A stretch of DNA of 64,000 nucleotides. It comes from an uncultured Ignavibacteriaceae bacterium. GTDB lineage: Bacteria > Bacteroidota > Ignavibacteria > Ignavibacteriales > Ignavibacteriaceae. Position 1 is the stretch's first letter; each line of letters starts with the position of its first letter. Location: the NCBI GenBank assembly GCA_964498065.1, contig CAZCFZ010000016.1:8794-72793 (forward strand), read 5' to 3'. Positions 1 through 8,969 of this stretch are shown here, piece after piece. The notes beneath the pieces were generated by a model. That model made no database searches and was not told where the DNA came from. It saw only the letters and a program-made list of their open reading frames with translations. The position numbers and the translations under genes were made by a program.

Positions 1-1019
1 CATGGGATAACAATGTACGTAAACAATATTCCGGCATTTATGTTAGCTCTTCAACAGACGGGGGATTAACATGGGGTATTCGCTCGGTTGTTGTGGATCA
101 TATAAATACTTCGGCGCCGATGGAAGACAAACCTTATGTTGTAGTTGATAACTCATCAAGCTCTCCATACAAAGATAATGTTTACATTGCATGGACACAC
201 TTCCAGAAATACGGAAGTAAAAATCCGGCAGATTCTTCTCAGATTTATTTTTCAAGATCAATTGACAGCGGCAAATCTTTTTCAGTACCGATGAGAATTT
301 CAGAAACAGGCGGAGATTGTCTTGACAGCAGTAATACCGTTGAAGGTGCAATAACTGCGGTAAGTCCGGATGGTAATGTATATGTTGTTTGGGCTGGTCC
401 TAAAGGACTTGTGTTTACCGAATCCAAGGATGGGGGTAAAACATTTGGCCGAAATAAAGTTATCGGATTCGTATATCATGGTTGGGATATGGAAGTTCCA
501 GGCATATACAGAGCAAATGGGATGCCCGTTACAAAGGTCGATTTAAGTAATAGTAAGTATAGAGGGACTATTTATGTAAATTGGGCAGATGACAGATTCG
601 GAGATCCTGATGTATTTGTAAAATATTCGAGAGATGGAGGGCGGTCATGGTCTAATCCGATAAGAGTAAATGATGATAAAGTAGATAACGGTAAATATCA
701 ATTTTTCACATGGATGGCAGTTGATCCAATTGACGGTTCTGTCAATGTTATATTCTACGATAGAGCCGATTATGACAGCACTGAAACAGGTTTAACATTA
801 GCGCGAAGTATTGACGGAGGAAAGACTTTTGTTAATTATAAAATCAATCAACCGGCATTTAACTGTAATCCCGACATATTTTTCGGAGATTACACCGGTA
901 TAGATGCTTATAACGGAGAAGTTATTCCGATTTATATGTACTTTAAGAATAAAAACGATTTAGGAATTGCAGCCGCAATATTTCATTTTAAACCTGGAAC
1001 GCAAGAGCAAATTAAATAA
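1..1019 (+). CDS. BNR/Asp-box repeat protein with a sialidase-like beta-propeller; the 5' end lies outside the window
   Basis: The frame of ORF 93..1019 stays open back to nt 3. Five Asp-box motifs are present: SSSTDGGLTW, SRSIDSGKSF, ESKDGGKTF, YSRDGGRSW, ARSIDGGKTF. Confidence 0.8.
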   Translation, partial: WDNNVRKQYSGIYVSSSTDGGLTWGIRSVVVDHINTSAPMEDKPYVVVDNSSSSPYKDNVYIAWTHFQKYGSKNPADSSQIYFSRSIDSGKSFSVPMRISETGGDCLDSSNTVEGAITAVSPDGNVYVVWAGPKGLVFTESKDGGKTFGRNKVIGFVYHGWDMEVPGIYRANGMPVTKVDLSNSKYRGTIYVNWADDRFGDPDVFVKYSRDGGRSWSNPIRVNDDKVDNGKYQFFTWMAVDPIDGSVNVIFYDRADYDSTETGLTLARSIDGGKTFVNYKINQPAFNCNPDIFFGDYTGIDAYNGEVIPIYMYFKNKNDLGIAAAIFHFKPGTQEQIK

Positions 1020-1028
1020 TCATTTGAT

Positions 1029-1194
1029 AGAACACAGATAACAAGCCTGCGTACCGAAACGAAATATAGAATGAACACCGGAGTGAAGGAACGGACAAAG
1101 CAGATTCTCACGGAAAGATCTTTAGCGTACCTCATGTTTATTTTTAAATTTTACAGTGTTAATCCGTGAAATCAGTGTCGTCCGTGTTCTATAT
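1029..1194. repeat. Intergenic region rich in GAACAC(C)GG / CCGTGTTC inverted repeats, able to form a long imperfect hairpin
   Basis: AGAACAC occurs at 1030-1036, GAACACCGGA at 1073-1082 and GAACGGAC at 1089-1096. These face TCCGTGAA at 1163-1170 and GTCCGTGTTCTATAT at 1180-1194. Confidence 0.5.
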
Positions 1195-1241
1195 TAAATA
1201 TATTAGAGAGTTTGTGTTAAAAGACGTAAGAAGGCTTAAAA

Positions 1242-1374
1242 GTTGCCACCTTTTAAATACTCTTTTTTAAGGCAATTTTTACTAAGTTATTAAATTTTAT
1301 ATATTTATAAAGGTAGCAACCTACAAAATTTGGTTGCCACCTTAGTTGCCACCTTTGGGCTAAAGATGGCAACC
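1242..1374 (+). repeat. Five same-orientation copies of a GTTGCCACC-like motif upstream of and overlapping the 5' region of the 1405 gene
   Basis: GTTGCCACC is exact at 1242-1250, 1333-1341 and 1345-1353. Variants are GGTAGCAACC at 1312-1321 and GGCAACC at 1368-1374. Confidence 0.7.
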
Positions 1375-1404
1375 TCTAAAAATCAATTTTCAAGGGAGAA
1401 AGTA

Positions 1405-1878
1405 ATGAAAATATTGCTGATGGCTCTAGCTGCAATAACCCTATTAAATTTAAAAGTTTTTTCTCAGGATAGTATAAAAACCTTTACCCTGGAAGGTGCT
1501 TATCTTTATTCCTCCCCGGATTATTCCGCTAGAACCGATTCGGAATTCTTTGTCGGTACCGATATTTACATTTCTAAATATGAAGAGGGATTCTATAAAA
1601 TAACCGGTGGATATATTCGGGCATCAAAAGTATTTATAAATGATAAGCTGGAAGCTTATAATAAAAGCCTCCATATTACCGTTAATTCGCGCCATTCAAA
1701 GGATATTTATTCTGGTTCAGTAGAAATTGGAATGACTGAAAGTCAAGTTAGAAAGATATTAGGACCTCCTAACGAGATCCACAATATTACATCTGCTGGC
1801 GAAAAGTTTGAACAATGGATTTATGATAATAAATACCTCTATTTTGAAAATGGCAAGCTTTTTTCAATTCAGCAATAG
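1405..1878 (+). CDS. Small secreted protein of unknown function (157 aa) with an N-terminal signal peptide and a BamE/SmpA-like C-terminal motif
   Basis: The ATG at 1405 is preceded by GGGAGAAAG. MKILLMALAAITLLNLKVFSQ is signal-like. The C-terminus reads GMTESQVRKILGPPNEI...WIYDNKYLYFENGKL. The ORF-track start at 1330 falls inside the repeat array. Confidence 0.6.
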   Translation: MKILLMALAAITLLNLKVFSQDSIKTFTLEGAYLYSSPDYSARTDSEFFVGTDIYISKYEEGFYKITGGYIRASKVFINDKLEAYNKSLHITVNSRHSKDIYSGSVEIGMTESQVRKILGPPNEIHNITSAGEKFEQWIYDNKYLYFENGKLFSIQQ

Positions 1879-2003
1879 ATTCGGCCTTCATATATGCCGC
1901 TGGTAAAGCTTTCTCGGTCCGGGAGGTAGTTTTATATGGCCGTTTTAATGCCATTTAAATACCAATTTAACGCGGTTTTAATTTCTCATTTTAGGTGATA
2001 ATC

Positions 2004-2142
2004 TCTGGAAAAAAGTGGAAAAGTTGGAAAACAATTGAGAAAAACAAAAAACGCTTTTTTAAACCCATTTCTTTTGAATACGAATTGTTTTCGGCCTTTT
2101 TCTCATTCTTCTTTTGTTTTCTCCACTTCTCAACTTTCCAGA
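2004..2142. repeat. Long imperfect inverted repeat, giving a hairpin of about 35 nt per arm
   Basis: TCTGGAAAAAAGTGGAAAAGTTGGAAAACAATTGAGAAAAACAAAA at 2004-2049 faces TTTTGTTTTCTCCACTTCTCAACTTTCCAGA at 2112-2142. Confidence 0.55.
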
Positions 2143-2170
2143 TTAATTATAGTTTGCTTTAGTAAAATAA

Positions 2171-2205
2171 AAAAACCCGCGGAATTCGCGGGCTTTTTAT
2201 TTTTA
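2171..2205. terminator. Rho-independent terminator placed to end the nuo operon; it has A/T tracts on both sides
   Basis: AAAAACCCGCGGAATTCGCGGGCTTTTTATTTT has a CCCGCG/CGCGGG stem and lies 13 nt downstream of the nuoN stop. Confidence 0.8.
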
Positions 2206-2217
2206 TATGAAAAAAAT

Positions 2218-3729
2218 TTAAAGACCTAAAAGCGCAATCGATGATTTGGCTAAATCCACAAGGGGAGTAAAGTAAACGCCTAATACAAGAACCGGCGTAA
2301 GCATTACAACTACCAAAGCAATTGCTCCGTAAGAAGCCGAAAATCTTGGAATCTCTTTATCCGATTTATCAATGAACATATTTTTTAAAACTTTGATATA
2401 GTAATAAAGCGAGACAACCGTATTAAGCAATGCAATCACTGCAACAACGATCATCTTTGCATCAACCAGTGCAATGAAGATATAGAGCTTACCTATAAAA
2501 CCTGCAGTTGGAGGTAAACCGGTCAATGAGACAAGAAATATACCTAATGAAACACCTAAAAACGGAGCGGAGAATCCTAAACCCTTATAATCATCCAGTT
2601 CTTCACTTCCGATTTTATTTGCAATCAGCATTACAATTAAGAATGCACCCAGGTTCATAAAAGCATAGATTGCGAAATAAATAATTATAGCGGCGATTCC
2701 TTCGTTTGACATGACCGCTAGTCCTAAAAGCAAATATCCGGCATGAGCAATACTCGAATATGCTAACAGCCTCTTCATATTAGTTTGCCAAAGGGCGGCA
2801 AAATTACCTAGAGTCATTGTCAGAATGGAAATTATTATAATAATAGCCTTCCAATCGATAGCGCCTAATAAATGCCAGAATCCTTGAGGATCAACGGATT
2901 TAATGAAAGCAATTTTTATAAATCTAATTAAGAGAGCAAAACCTGCTGCTTTACTGGCGATAGACAAAAATGCAGTAATTGGAATTGGTGCTCCTTCATA
3001 AACATCCGGTGTCCAGAAATGAAAAGGCGCAGCTGAAATTTTATATCCGATTCCAACGAAAATTAATAATCCGGAAAGATACAATGCTAATCCCGGACCT
3101 TGTGCAGCCTGTAAAACTGAATTTATTGCATAAAGATTTGTGCTGCCTGTTATTCCATAAATAATAGAAATGCCGAACAACATAATGCCGGATGAAATTC
3201 CGCCGTATATAACATATTTTAATGAAGCTTCGCTGTTTCTTAAAGACTGCTTTGTAAAGCCTGCTAATATATAAGATGACAAAGATACTAATTCAAGTGC
3301 AAGATAAATTACAATTAAATCTACGGAAGATACCATGAACATCATTCCGAGGATCATACCGAATATCAGCGTATAATACTCTCCATGACGTTCGACACCT
3401 GCTTTAATTTCGGAAGAAGATATAGAGAAAAGAATTATCAGGATTGATGAGAGTACAATTAGCAACTTAAAGAAATTACCGAAAGGATCGATAGCCATCA
3501 TCCCTATACTTGATCTTGTAGCAAATGCAAATGAGCTTGAATTAAAGTGTTCAATTATAAAATAACCGGTTACAAAAAGTCCTGCAATTGCTATGTAAGG
3601 CAGTAATTTTTTATTCTTGTTCATTATTAAGTCGACAAGAACTAAAAGAACAATGACTATTGAAATAGTAATTTCCGGCTTAATTAAATAAAGATCTTTT
3701 ACGAGATAATTTAGATTATAAGTATTCAC
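2218..3729 (-). CDS. nuoN: NADH-quinone oxidoreductase subunit N
   Basis: Polytopic antiporter-like subunit with FHFWTPDVYEGAPIPITAFL, in the last position of the nuo operon. Confidence 0.9.
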   Translation of the reverse strand: MNTYNLNYLVKDLYLIKPEITISIVIVLLVLVDLIMNKNKKLLPYIAIAGLFVTGYFIIEHFNSSSFAFATRSSIGMMAIDPFGNFFKLLIVLSSILIILFSISSSEIKAGVERHGEYYTLIFGMILGMMFMVSSVDLIVIYLALELVSLSSYILAGFTKQSLRNSEASLKYVIYGGISSGIMLFGISIIYGITGSTNLYAINSVLQAAQGPGLALYLSGLLIFVGIGYKISAAPFHFWTPDVYEGAPIPITAFLSIASKAAGFALLIRFIKIAFIKSVDPQGFWHLLGAIDWKAIIIIISILTMTLGNFAALWQTNMKRLLAYSSIAHAGYLLLGLAVMSNEGIAAIIIYFAIYAFMNLGAFLIVMLIANKIGSEELDDYKGLGFSAPFLGVSLGIFLVSLTGLPPTAGFIGKLYIFIALVDAKMIVVAVIALLNTVVSLYYYIKVLKNMFIDKSDKEIPRFSASYGAIALVVVMLTPVLVLGVYFTPLVDLAKSSIALLGL

Positions 3730-3762
3730 TTTAGTCTATTAGAATTAAATTAAAATTTTATT

Positions 3763-5367
3763 TTAGAGTCCTATTAAAGAACCGTATACAACTTTGGCAT
3801 CCATCATAAATTTAACCATATGATTAACAGATGTATTCATTAAGTTAAGCATAGCTGCCGGGTAAACTCCCAAGAAAATTACAATTAAACCAAGCGGAAT
3901 AAGCATTGCATATTCTCTGAAAGTAAGATCCTTAAGCATAGACCATTTTTCTTTTAGGCTGCCTAAGAAAACTTTTTGTAAGGCAATAAGCATATAGCCG
4001 GCGCCTAATAAAATTCCTAATGTGGATATAACAGTAATTATTCTTATAGCAGGAACGCTGAATGCGCCAAGGAATACAAACACTTCTGAAACAAAACTGC
4101 TTAATCCCGGAAGTCCGATAGCAGCAAAGAATGCAACTGTAGTAATACCCGCATACATTGGCATCTGAGTGGCCAATCCGCCGAATGCATCCATGTCTCT
4201 TGTATGTGCTCTGTCGTATATTACGCCTACTATAAGGAATAACATAGCAGTAATTGTTCCATGGTTAAACATTTGTAATATTGCACCGGAAATTCCAATT
4301 GTTGTTAATGATGCCATTCCAAGCATTACAATTCCCATGTGTGAAATAGATGAGTATGCTATCATCTTTTTGAAATCTTTTTGGGCCATCGCACATAGTG
4401 CACCATAGATAATATTTATCATACCGAATAGCGCAATCCACCAAACCAATTTTTCGGTGATCTCGGGGAATATAGGGAATGAAATTCTTAGGATTCCGTA
4501 TGTACCCATCTTTAATAAAACTCCGGCAAGAATAACGCTAATAGCAGTCGGCGCTTCAACGTGAGCATCCGGCAGCCAAGTATGGAAGGGGAACATCGGA
4601 ATTTTAATTGCAAAACCGATGAATAATGCAATGTATGCTATAAATCTTAGGTTGTTTGGATTCAATGGAGAAAGTATACCGGTAGCGGTATAATTATGTA
4701 CATTCATCATTGCAAGCATGTCGAATGTAAAAACTTTTGAACCGTTGGCTAAAGTTTCCGTAGAACTAAAATACAAACCGATCATAACAAGAAGAATAAA
4801 AACGCTTCCCAACAAAGTGTAAAGGAAAAACTTAATTGCTGCATATTCTCTTCTGGGACCGCCCCACATTCCGATTAAGAAATACATAGGCAGTAACATC
4901 AATTCCCAGAATATATAGAATAAGAAGAAATTAAGAGCAACAAAAACACCCATCATTCCGGTATCGAGCAAAAGGAACAATGCAAAGTAACCTTTAATGG
5001 ATTTTTTTATCGACCAAGAAGACATAGTAGCGATAAATGTTACAATAGCTGTAAGAAGAACCATTACAACACTTAATCCGTCTATTCCAAGGAAGTAGTC
5101 GATTTTTATCGTTCCTATCCAGGAGAAGGCAGTAATATTTATCCAATTGAATTTCTCAATAAATTGGAATGATGACGGATCATTAATTCCTCCGAGAGAG
5201 AAATTAAATCCTGCAAGAATAAATACAGCCAGAATCACCTGAAGGCCGGTAATAAAAAGAGTAGTGCTCTTTATTATTAACTCCTTGGTCTTTGGTATGA
5301 ATAATATAATTACCATTCCTAATATCGGCAGGAAGGTTATTAACGATAAGATGGGAAATTTTTCCAT
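3763..5367 (-). CDS. nuoM: NADH-quinone oxidoreductase subunit M
   Basis: HTWLPDAHVEAPTAISVILAGVLLKMGTYG motif and operon context. Confidence 0.9.
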   Translation of the reverse strand: MEKFPILSLITFLPILGMVIILFIPKTKELIIKSTTLFITGLQVILAVFILAGFNFSLGGINDPSSFQFIEKFNWINITAFSWIGTIKIDYFLGIDGLSVVMVLLTAIVTFIATMSSWSIKKSIKGYFALFLLLDTGMMGVFVALNFFLFYIFWELMLLPMYFLIGMWGGPRREYAAIKFFLYTLLGSVFILLVMIGLYFSSTETLANGSKVFTFDMLAMMNVHNYTATGILSPLNPNNLRFIAYIALFIGFAIKIPMFPFHTWLPDAHVEAPTAISVILAGVLLKMGTYGILRISFPIFPEITEKLVWWIALFGMINIIYGALCAMAQKDFKKMIAYSSISHMGIVMLGMASLTTIGISGAILQMFNHGTITAMLFLIVGVIYDRAHTRDMDAFGGLATQMPMYAGITTVAFFAAIGLPGLSSFVSEVFVFLGAFSVPAIRIITVISTLGILLGAGYMLIALQKVFLGSLKEKWSMLKDLTFREYAMLIPLGLIVIFLGVYPAAMLNLMNTSVNHMVKFMMDAKVVYGSLIGL

Positions 5368-5392
5368 TTTTTATTTACCTAAGATTTTCAAA

Positions 5393-7492
5393 CTAAAATG
5401 ACTTAAATAAGAATAAAAGAATAACTAACGAGAATATTACCAGAACTATGTAAGTCTGAACTTTCCCGGTTTGGAACTTTCTGAAAAATAAACCGAGAAA
5501 ACCGCTTAAATATGCGGCTGAATTAACAGCTCCATCCACAACAACGTTATCAAATTTACCGCTGAGCTTTGAAAATTGTCTTGTAACTGTAGCAGTACCA
5601 TTTACAATTCCATCAATTATGTTTGCATCAAACCATGCGAGAACTTTACTAAGCCCAAAAGTAAACGCCACAAAAGTTGCGGCATAAAATTCATCAAAGT
5701 ACCATTTGTTTAACAGAAAATTATAAACCGGCTTTGTTCGCTCGGCGAGCTTATCGGCATCAAATATTTTCCATTGGTAGAATAAAAACGCAATCAATAA
5801 ACCGGAAGATGCTAAGAATAAAGACAGTATCATTGAAGGAACGTGAGCATTTTCCATAGCGTTGGTATACATTTCGGAATATGTTATTTCTTCTCCGGCT
5901 TTAGGTTTTGTTCCAGGTTCAACAGCATCGGATTTCATAAAAGTGTAACGTGCATCCTGCGGAGTATAAATTTCCGGGGCTTTTACCCATTTGGAAAGAA
6001 GAGCGCCTTGTTCAGGATTAAACGGATTCGGTGTATACCAAATAAAGATTGATAAAGTTGCTAAAACTACCAGCGGCATAGCCATTACAAAAGGAGACTC
6101 ATGTGCATGATCATATTTCTCTTTATCTCTCGGTTCACCGTGAAAAGTAAGTATTACTAACCGAAACATATATAAAGCGGTAAGCAGCGCTACAAAGAAA
6201 CCGACAAACGGGAAGAACCAATTTCCCGTTAATGAGCCGAAGGCATAAGTGCCTGCTAATATTCCGTCTTTGCTTAAAAATCCTGATGTTAAAGGTATAC
6301 CTGAAATAGCAAGTGAAGCAATTAAGAAGGTTATATAAGTAATCGGCATTTTCTTTCTTAAACCGCCCATCTTCCTAATGTCCTGCTCATGATGCATTTG
6401 GTGGATTATAGAGCCTGATCCTAAAAACAATAATGATTTAAAGAATGCATGAGTCATTAAATGAAAGAAAGCAAAAGAATATGCACCAACACCTAATGCT
6501 AAAACCATGTAGCCCAGCTGACTTATTGTGGAGTAAGCAAGGACTTTTTTAATATCGTTTTGTGTAATAGCTATAGTTGCCGGTATTAAAGCAGATAAAG
6601 CCCCGATAATTGCAATGAAAAATAAAGCTCCTCCAGATAGAATAGGGAAGACTCTAATAATTAAATACACCCCTGCGGCAACCATGGTAGCGGCGTGTAT
6701 TAAAGCGCTGACTGGTGTCGGGCCTTCCATAGCATCGGGCAGCCAAACATGTAAAGGAAATTGAGCCGACTTTCCTATTGCTCCCATAAAAATTAAAATT
6801 CCTGTTACAGTCAGCCAAAATTCACTGTTAAAAGGAATATGGCCTAATGAAATTTGATGGAATATCGTATCAAATGTAAATGTATGATAAGTGAAAAATA
6901 AAATTAGTATTCCGGAAAACATTCCAATATCGCCGACCCTATTAACAATAAAGGCTTTTTTACCGGCATCGGCAGCAGATTTCTTTTCGAACCAAAAACC
7001 GATTAGTAAGTATGAGGATAAACCGACTAATTCCCAGAAGATATACATCATCAACAAGTTATGAGTAAAAACGATACCTGTCATTGAGAAAGTAAAAATA
7101 CCCAGGTAAGCAAAGTACCTATTGTATCTTTTATCTCCCTTCATATAAGCAATAGAGAATATATGAACCAGCATACTTATTAAGGTAACAACAACAATCA
7201 TAAGTGCGGCTATATTGTCTACCATCATCCCAAGATCAATATGGATGGTTCCGAAAAGAGGAAGGTTGCCCATATTTATCCAGGTAAATTGGCCTGTTAC
7301 GGTTTGATTAGGGAAATCACTTAATTTTATATAGGCAAGTACAACAGCTAGAGCAAAAGCCAGTATAATAATGAAGTTTTCGAAATTATAAACGTATTTT
7401 ATTTTCTTCCCAAATAAAAGAGTAACAATAAATCCGATAAGTGGAAGAAAGAGGATTATTTCTGCTAATTGGATCAGAACTGATTCCGACAT
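5393..7492 (-). CDS. nuoL: NADH-quinone oxidoreductase subunit L, a long 699-aa form
   Basis: HVWLPDAMEGPTPVSALIHAATMVAAGVYL motif, with a C-terminal lateral-helix region and a hydrophilic insert around residues 450-560. Confidence 0.9.
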   Translation of the reverse strand: MSESVLIQLAEIILFLPLIGFIVTLLFGKKIKYVYNFENFIIILAFALAVVLAYIKLSDFPNQTVTGQFTWINMGNLPLFGTIHIDLGMMVDNIAALMIVVVTLISMLVHIFSIAYMKGDKRYNRYFAYLGIFTFSMTGIVFTHNLLMMYIFWELVGLSSYLLIGFWFEKKSAADAGKKAFIVNRVGDIGMFSGILILFFTYHTFTFDTIFHQISLGHIPFNSEFWLTVTGILIFMGAIGKSAQFPLHVWLPDAMEGPTPVSALIHAATMVAAGVYLIIRVFPILSGGALFFIAIIGALSALIPATIAITQNDIKKVLAYSTISQLGYMVLALGVGAYSFAFFHLMTHAFFKSLLFLGSGSIIHQMHHEQDIRKMGGLRKKMPITYITFLIASLAISGIPLTSGFLSKDGILAGTYAFGSLTGNWFFPFVGFFVALLTALYMFRLVILTFHGEPRDKEKYDHAHESPFVMAMPLVVLATLSIFIWYTPNPFNPEQGALLSKWVKAPEIYTPQDARYTFMKSDAVEPGTKPKAGEEITYSEMYTNAMENAHVPSMILSLFLASSGLLIAFLFYQWKIFDADKLAERTKPVYNFLLNKWYFDEFYAATFVAFTFGLSKVLAWFDANIIDGIVNGTATVTRQFSKLSGKFDNVVVDGAVNSAAYLSGFLGLFFRKFQTGKVQTYIVLVIFSLVILLFLFKSF

Positions 7493-7497
7493 AAATT

Positions 7498-7809
7498 CTA
7501 GTCCTTTAAAGTATCAATTTCATCAACATTAACTGTTGAAAAAGTTTTATAAATATTTAAAACAATGGCTAAGGCAATAGCCGCTTCGGCTGCAGCAAGA
7601 ATAATCACAAAAAGCGCCATCATTTGGCCCTGTAATCCGAAATTTCCAAATTTAGCAAACGCTATAAAATTAATGTTTGCTGAATTTAAGATTAGTTCAA
7701 TTCCCATTAAAACCATTACGGCATTTTTTCTTGTTACAATACCGAATATTCCTAATGAAAAAAGTACTAAACTGACAAAGAGAAAGTGATTTAATCCAAT
7801 ATGTGCCAT
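7498..7809 (-). CDS. nuoK: NADH-quinone oxidoreductase subunit K
   Basis: 103 aa with three transmembrane helices; MGIELILNSANINF motif. Confidence 0.9.
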   Translation of the reverse strand: MAHIGLNHFLFVSLVLFSLGIFGIVTRKNAVMVLMGIELILNSANINFIAFAKFGNFGLQGQMMALFVIILAAAEAAIALAIVLNIYKTFSTVNVDEIDTLKD

Positions 7810-7854
7810 GATAAACTTATTTTATTAATTCATTATCAAAATATTCTTAAAAGT

Positions 7855-7905
7855 CCATCCCTTCCATCGATGCCCGGCCTCGCCGACATGATAGGCAAGG
7901 GTTGG
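7855..7905 (-). other. GC-rich stem-loop inside the 105-nt nuoJ-nuoK spacer
   Basis: CCATCCCTT at 7855-7863 pairs with AAGGGTTGG at 7897-7905 (8 of 9 positions). The pair encloses GC-rich GATGCCCGGCCTCGCCGAC in otherwise AT-rich DNA. Confidence 0.4.
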
Positions 7906-7914
7906 TTTAAATCT

Positions 7915-8403
7915 CTATTTCCGCGCCATGGAAGCTGCTCCGATAAGCGCAATTAATAATAGTATTCCCAATAATTCAAAAACCACCGCATATTGCTGCA
8001 TCAATAACATGCCAAGACTATTAGCAGTTGAATTTGGTATTACCGAATTGGTTGTTCTCCAGTTTGTTTTTAATAATGCGGCAGCCAATATTCCGGCAAA
8101 TAATGCAACTCCAACGGCCGCCGGCAGTATCTTTACGCTCCCGGTCTTTATTTGAACATTAGTGATTTTATTAGTAAGCATTACACCAAATAATAATAAT
8201 ATCAGTATGCCGCCAACGTAAACCACTAACTGAACGATAGCGATAAAATCTGCTCCTAAAAGGACATAAATTCCTGCTACTCCAAAAAATGTAAAAAGCA
8301 GATAATATGCGGAATATATAATGTTGCGGCTTGTTACAACGAAAAAAGCAGATATTAAAGTTATCGCTGCAAACAAATAAAATATAATGTCGTAAATGTT
8401 CAT
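7915..8403 (-). CDS. nuoJ: NADH-quinone oxidoreductase subunit J
   Basis: I chose the internal start MNIYDIIFYLFAAITLISAFFVV (ATG at 8403), 4 nt after the nuoI stop. The longer ORF to 8586 overlaps nuoI and has a low-complexity N-terminus. Confidence 0.85.
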   Translation of the reverse strand: MNIYDIIFYLFAAITLISAFFVVTSRNIIYSAYYLLFTFFGVAGIYVLLGADFIAIVQLVVYVGGILILLLFGVMLTNKITNVQIKTGSVKILPAAVGVALFAGILAAALLKTNWRTTNSVIPNSTANSLGMLLMQQYAVVFELLGILLLIALIGAASMARK

Positions 8404-8407
8404 AAAA

Positions 8408-8965
8408 TTATTGTCCCTTATTTTCAGCCGGCTTATTTGAAGCAGCTGCCTTTGCTGCTTTTTCAGCAGCTTTCTGAGCTTCAAATTGGGCATAATTCTT
8501 TTTCTTTTCTTCTCTTTCTTCAGGTGTGAGTGTAACAAAATCATATAATAAATTTTCTCTTTCAAACTCGGAAAATTCATATACATCTGTCATGTAAATA
8601 CACTCAGTAGGGCAAGGGAAAACACATAACTGGCAGTAACAGCACTTCGCAAAATCTATATCAAATTTAGTAACCCATAAAGCCTTACGTTTATCGTTAG
8701 ATGTTTTGCCTAAGTCTTCTCCTGGTATGGCTTTAACTGTTTCAATTGAAATGCAGTCTACGGGACATGCACGGGCACACTGATCGCATCCGATGCAATC
8801 ATCCATATTAACATATAGACGATTTCTTTCTCTTTCAGGTAATTGTGGTTTAACATCCGGATATTGTATTGTAACAGCCGGAACAAACAAGTGTTTAAAG
8901 GTAACCTTCATACCTATCATAATAGTTACCAATGCTGTCCAAATGTTATTTAAATATTCTCTCAT
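8408..8965 (-). CDS. nuoI: NADH-quinone oxidoreductase subunit I (2x[4Fe-4S] ferredoxin) with a Lys/Ala-rich C-terminal tail
   Basis: CIGCDQCARACP and CCYCQLCVFPCP motifs; the tail reads EEREEKKKNYAQFEAQKAAEKAAKAAASNKPAENKGQ. Confidence 0.9.
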   Translation of the reverse strand: MREYLNNIWTALVTIMIGMKVTFKHLFVPAVTIQYPDVKPQLPERERNRLYVNMDDCIGCDQCARACPVDCISIETVKAIPGEDLGKTSNDKRKALWVTKFDIDFAKCCYCQLCVFPCPTECIYMTDVYEFSEFERENLLYDFVTLTPEEREEKKKNYAQFEAQKAAEKAAKAAASNKPAENKGQ

Positions 8966-8969
8966 ATAA

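Noticed and set aside
1330-1404. Upstream start (1330) for the small secreted protein
   Set aside because: These 25 codons are the GTTGCCACC repeat array read as VAT repeats. The ATG at 1405 has an RBS and yields a proper signal peptide.
2035-2229. 64-aa ORF in the intergenic region upstream of the nuo terminator
   Set aside because: Its composition is low-complexity and rich in Phe, Leu and Ser. It is made up almost entirely of the pyrimidine-rich arm of the inverted repeat plus the terminator, and it has no RBS. It is most likely non-coding.
7915-8586. Long 223-aa form of nuoJ
   Set aside because: The first 61 codons overlap the 3' end of nuoI and encode a Lys/Leu-rich sequence not found in NuoJ. 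The internal ATG at 8403, immediately after the nuoI stop, gives a canonical NuoJ N-terminus.
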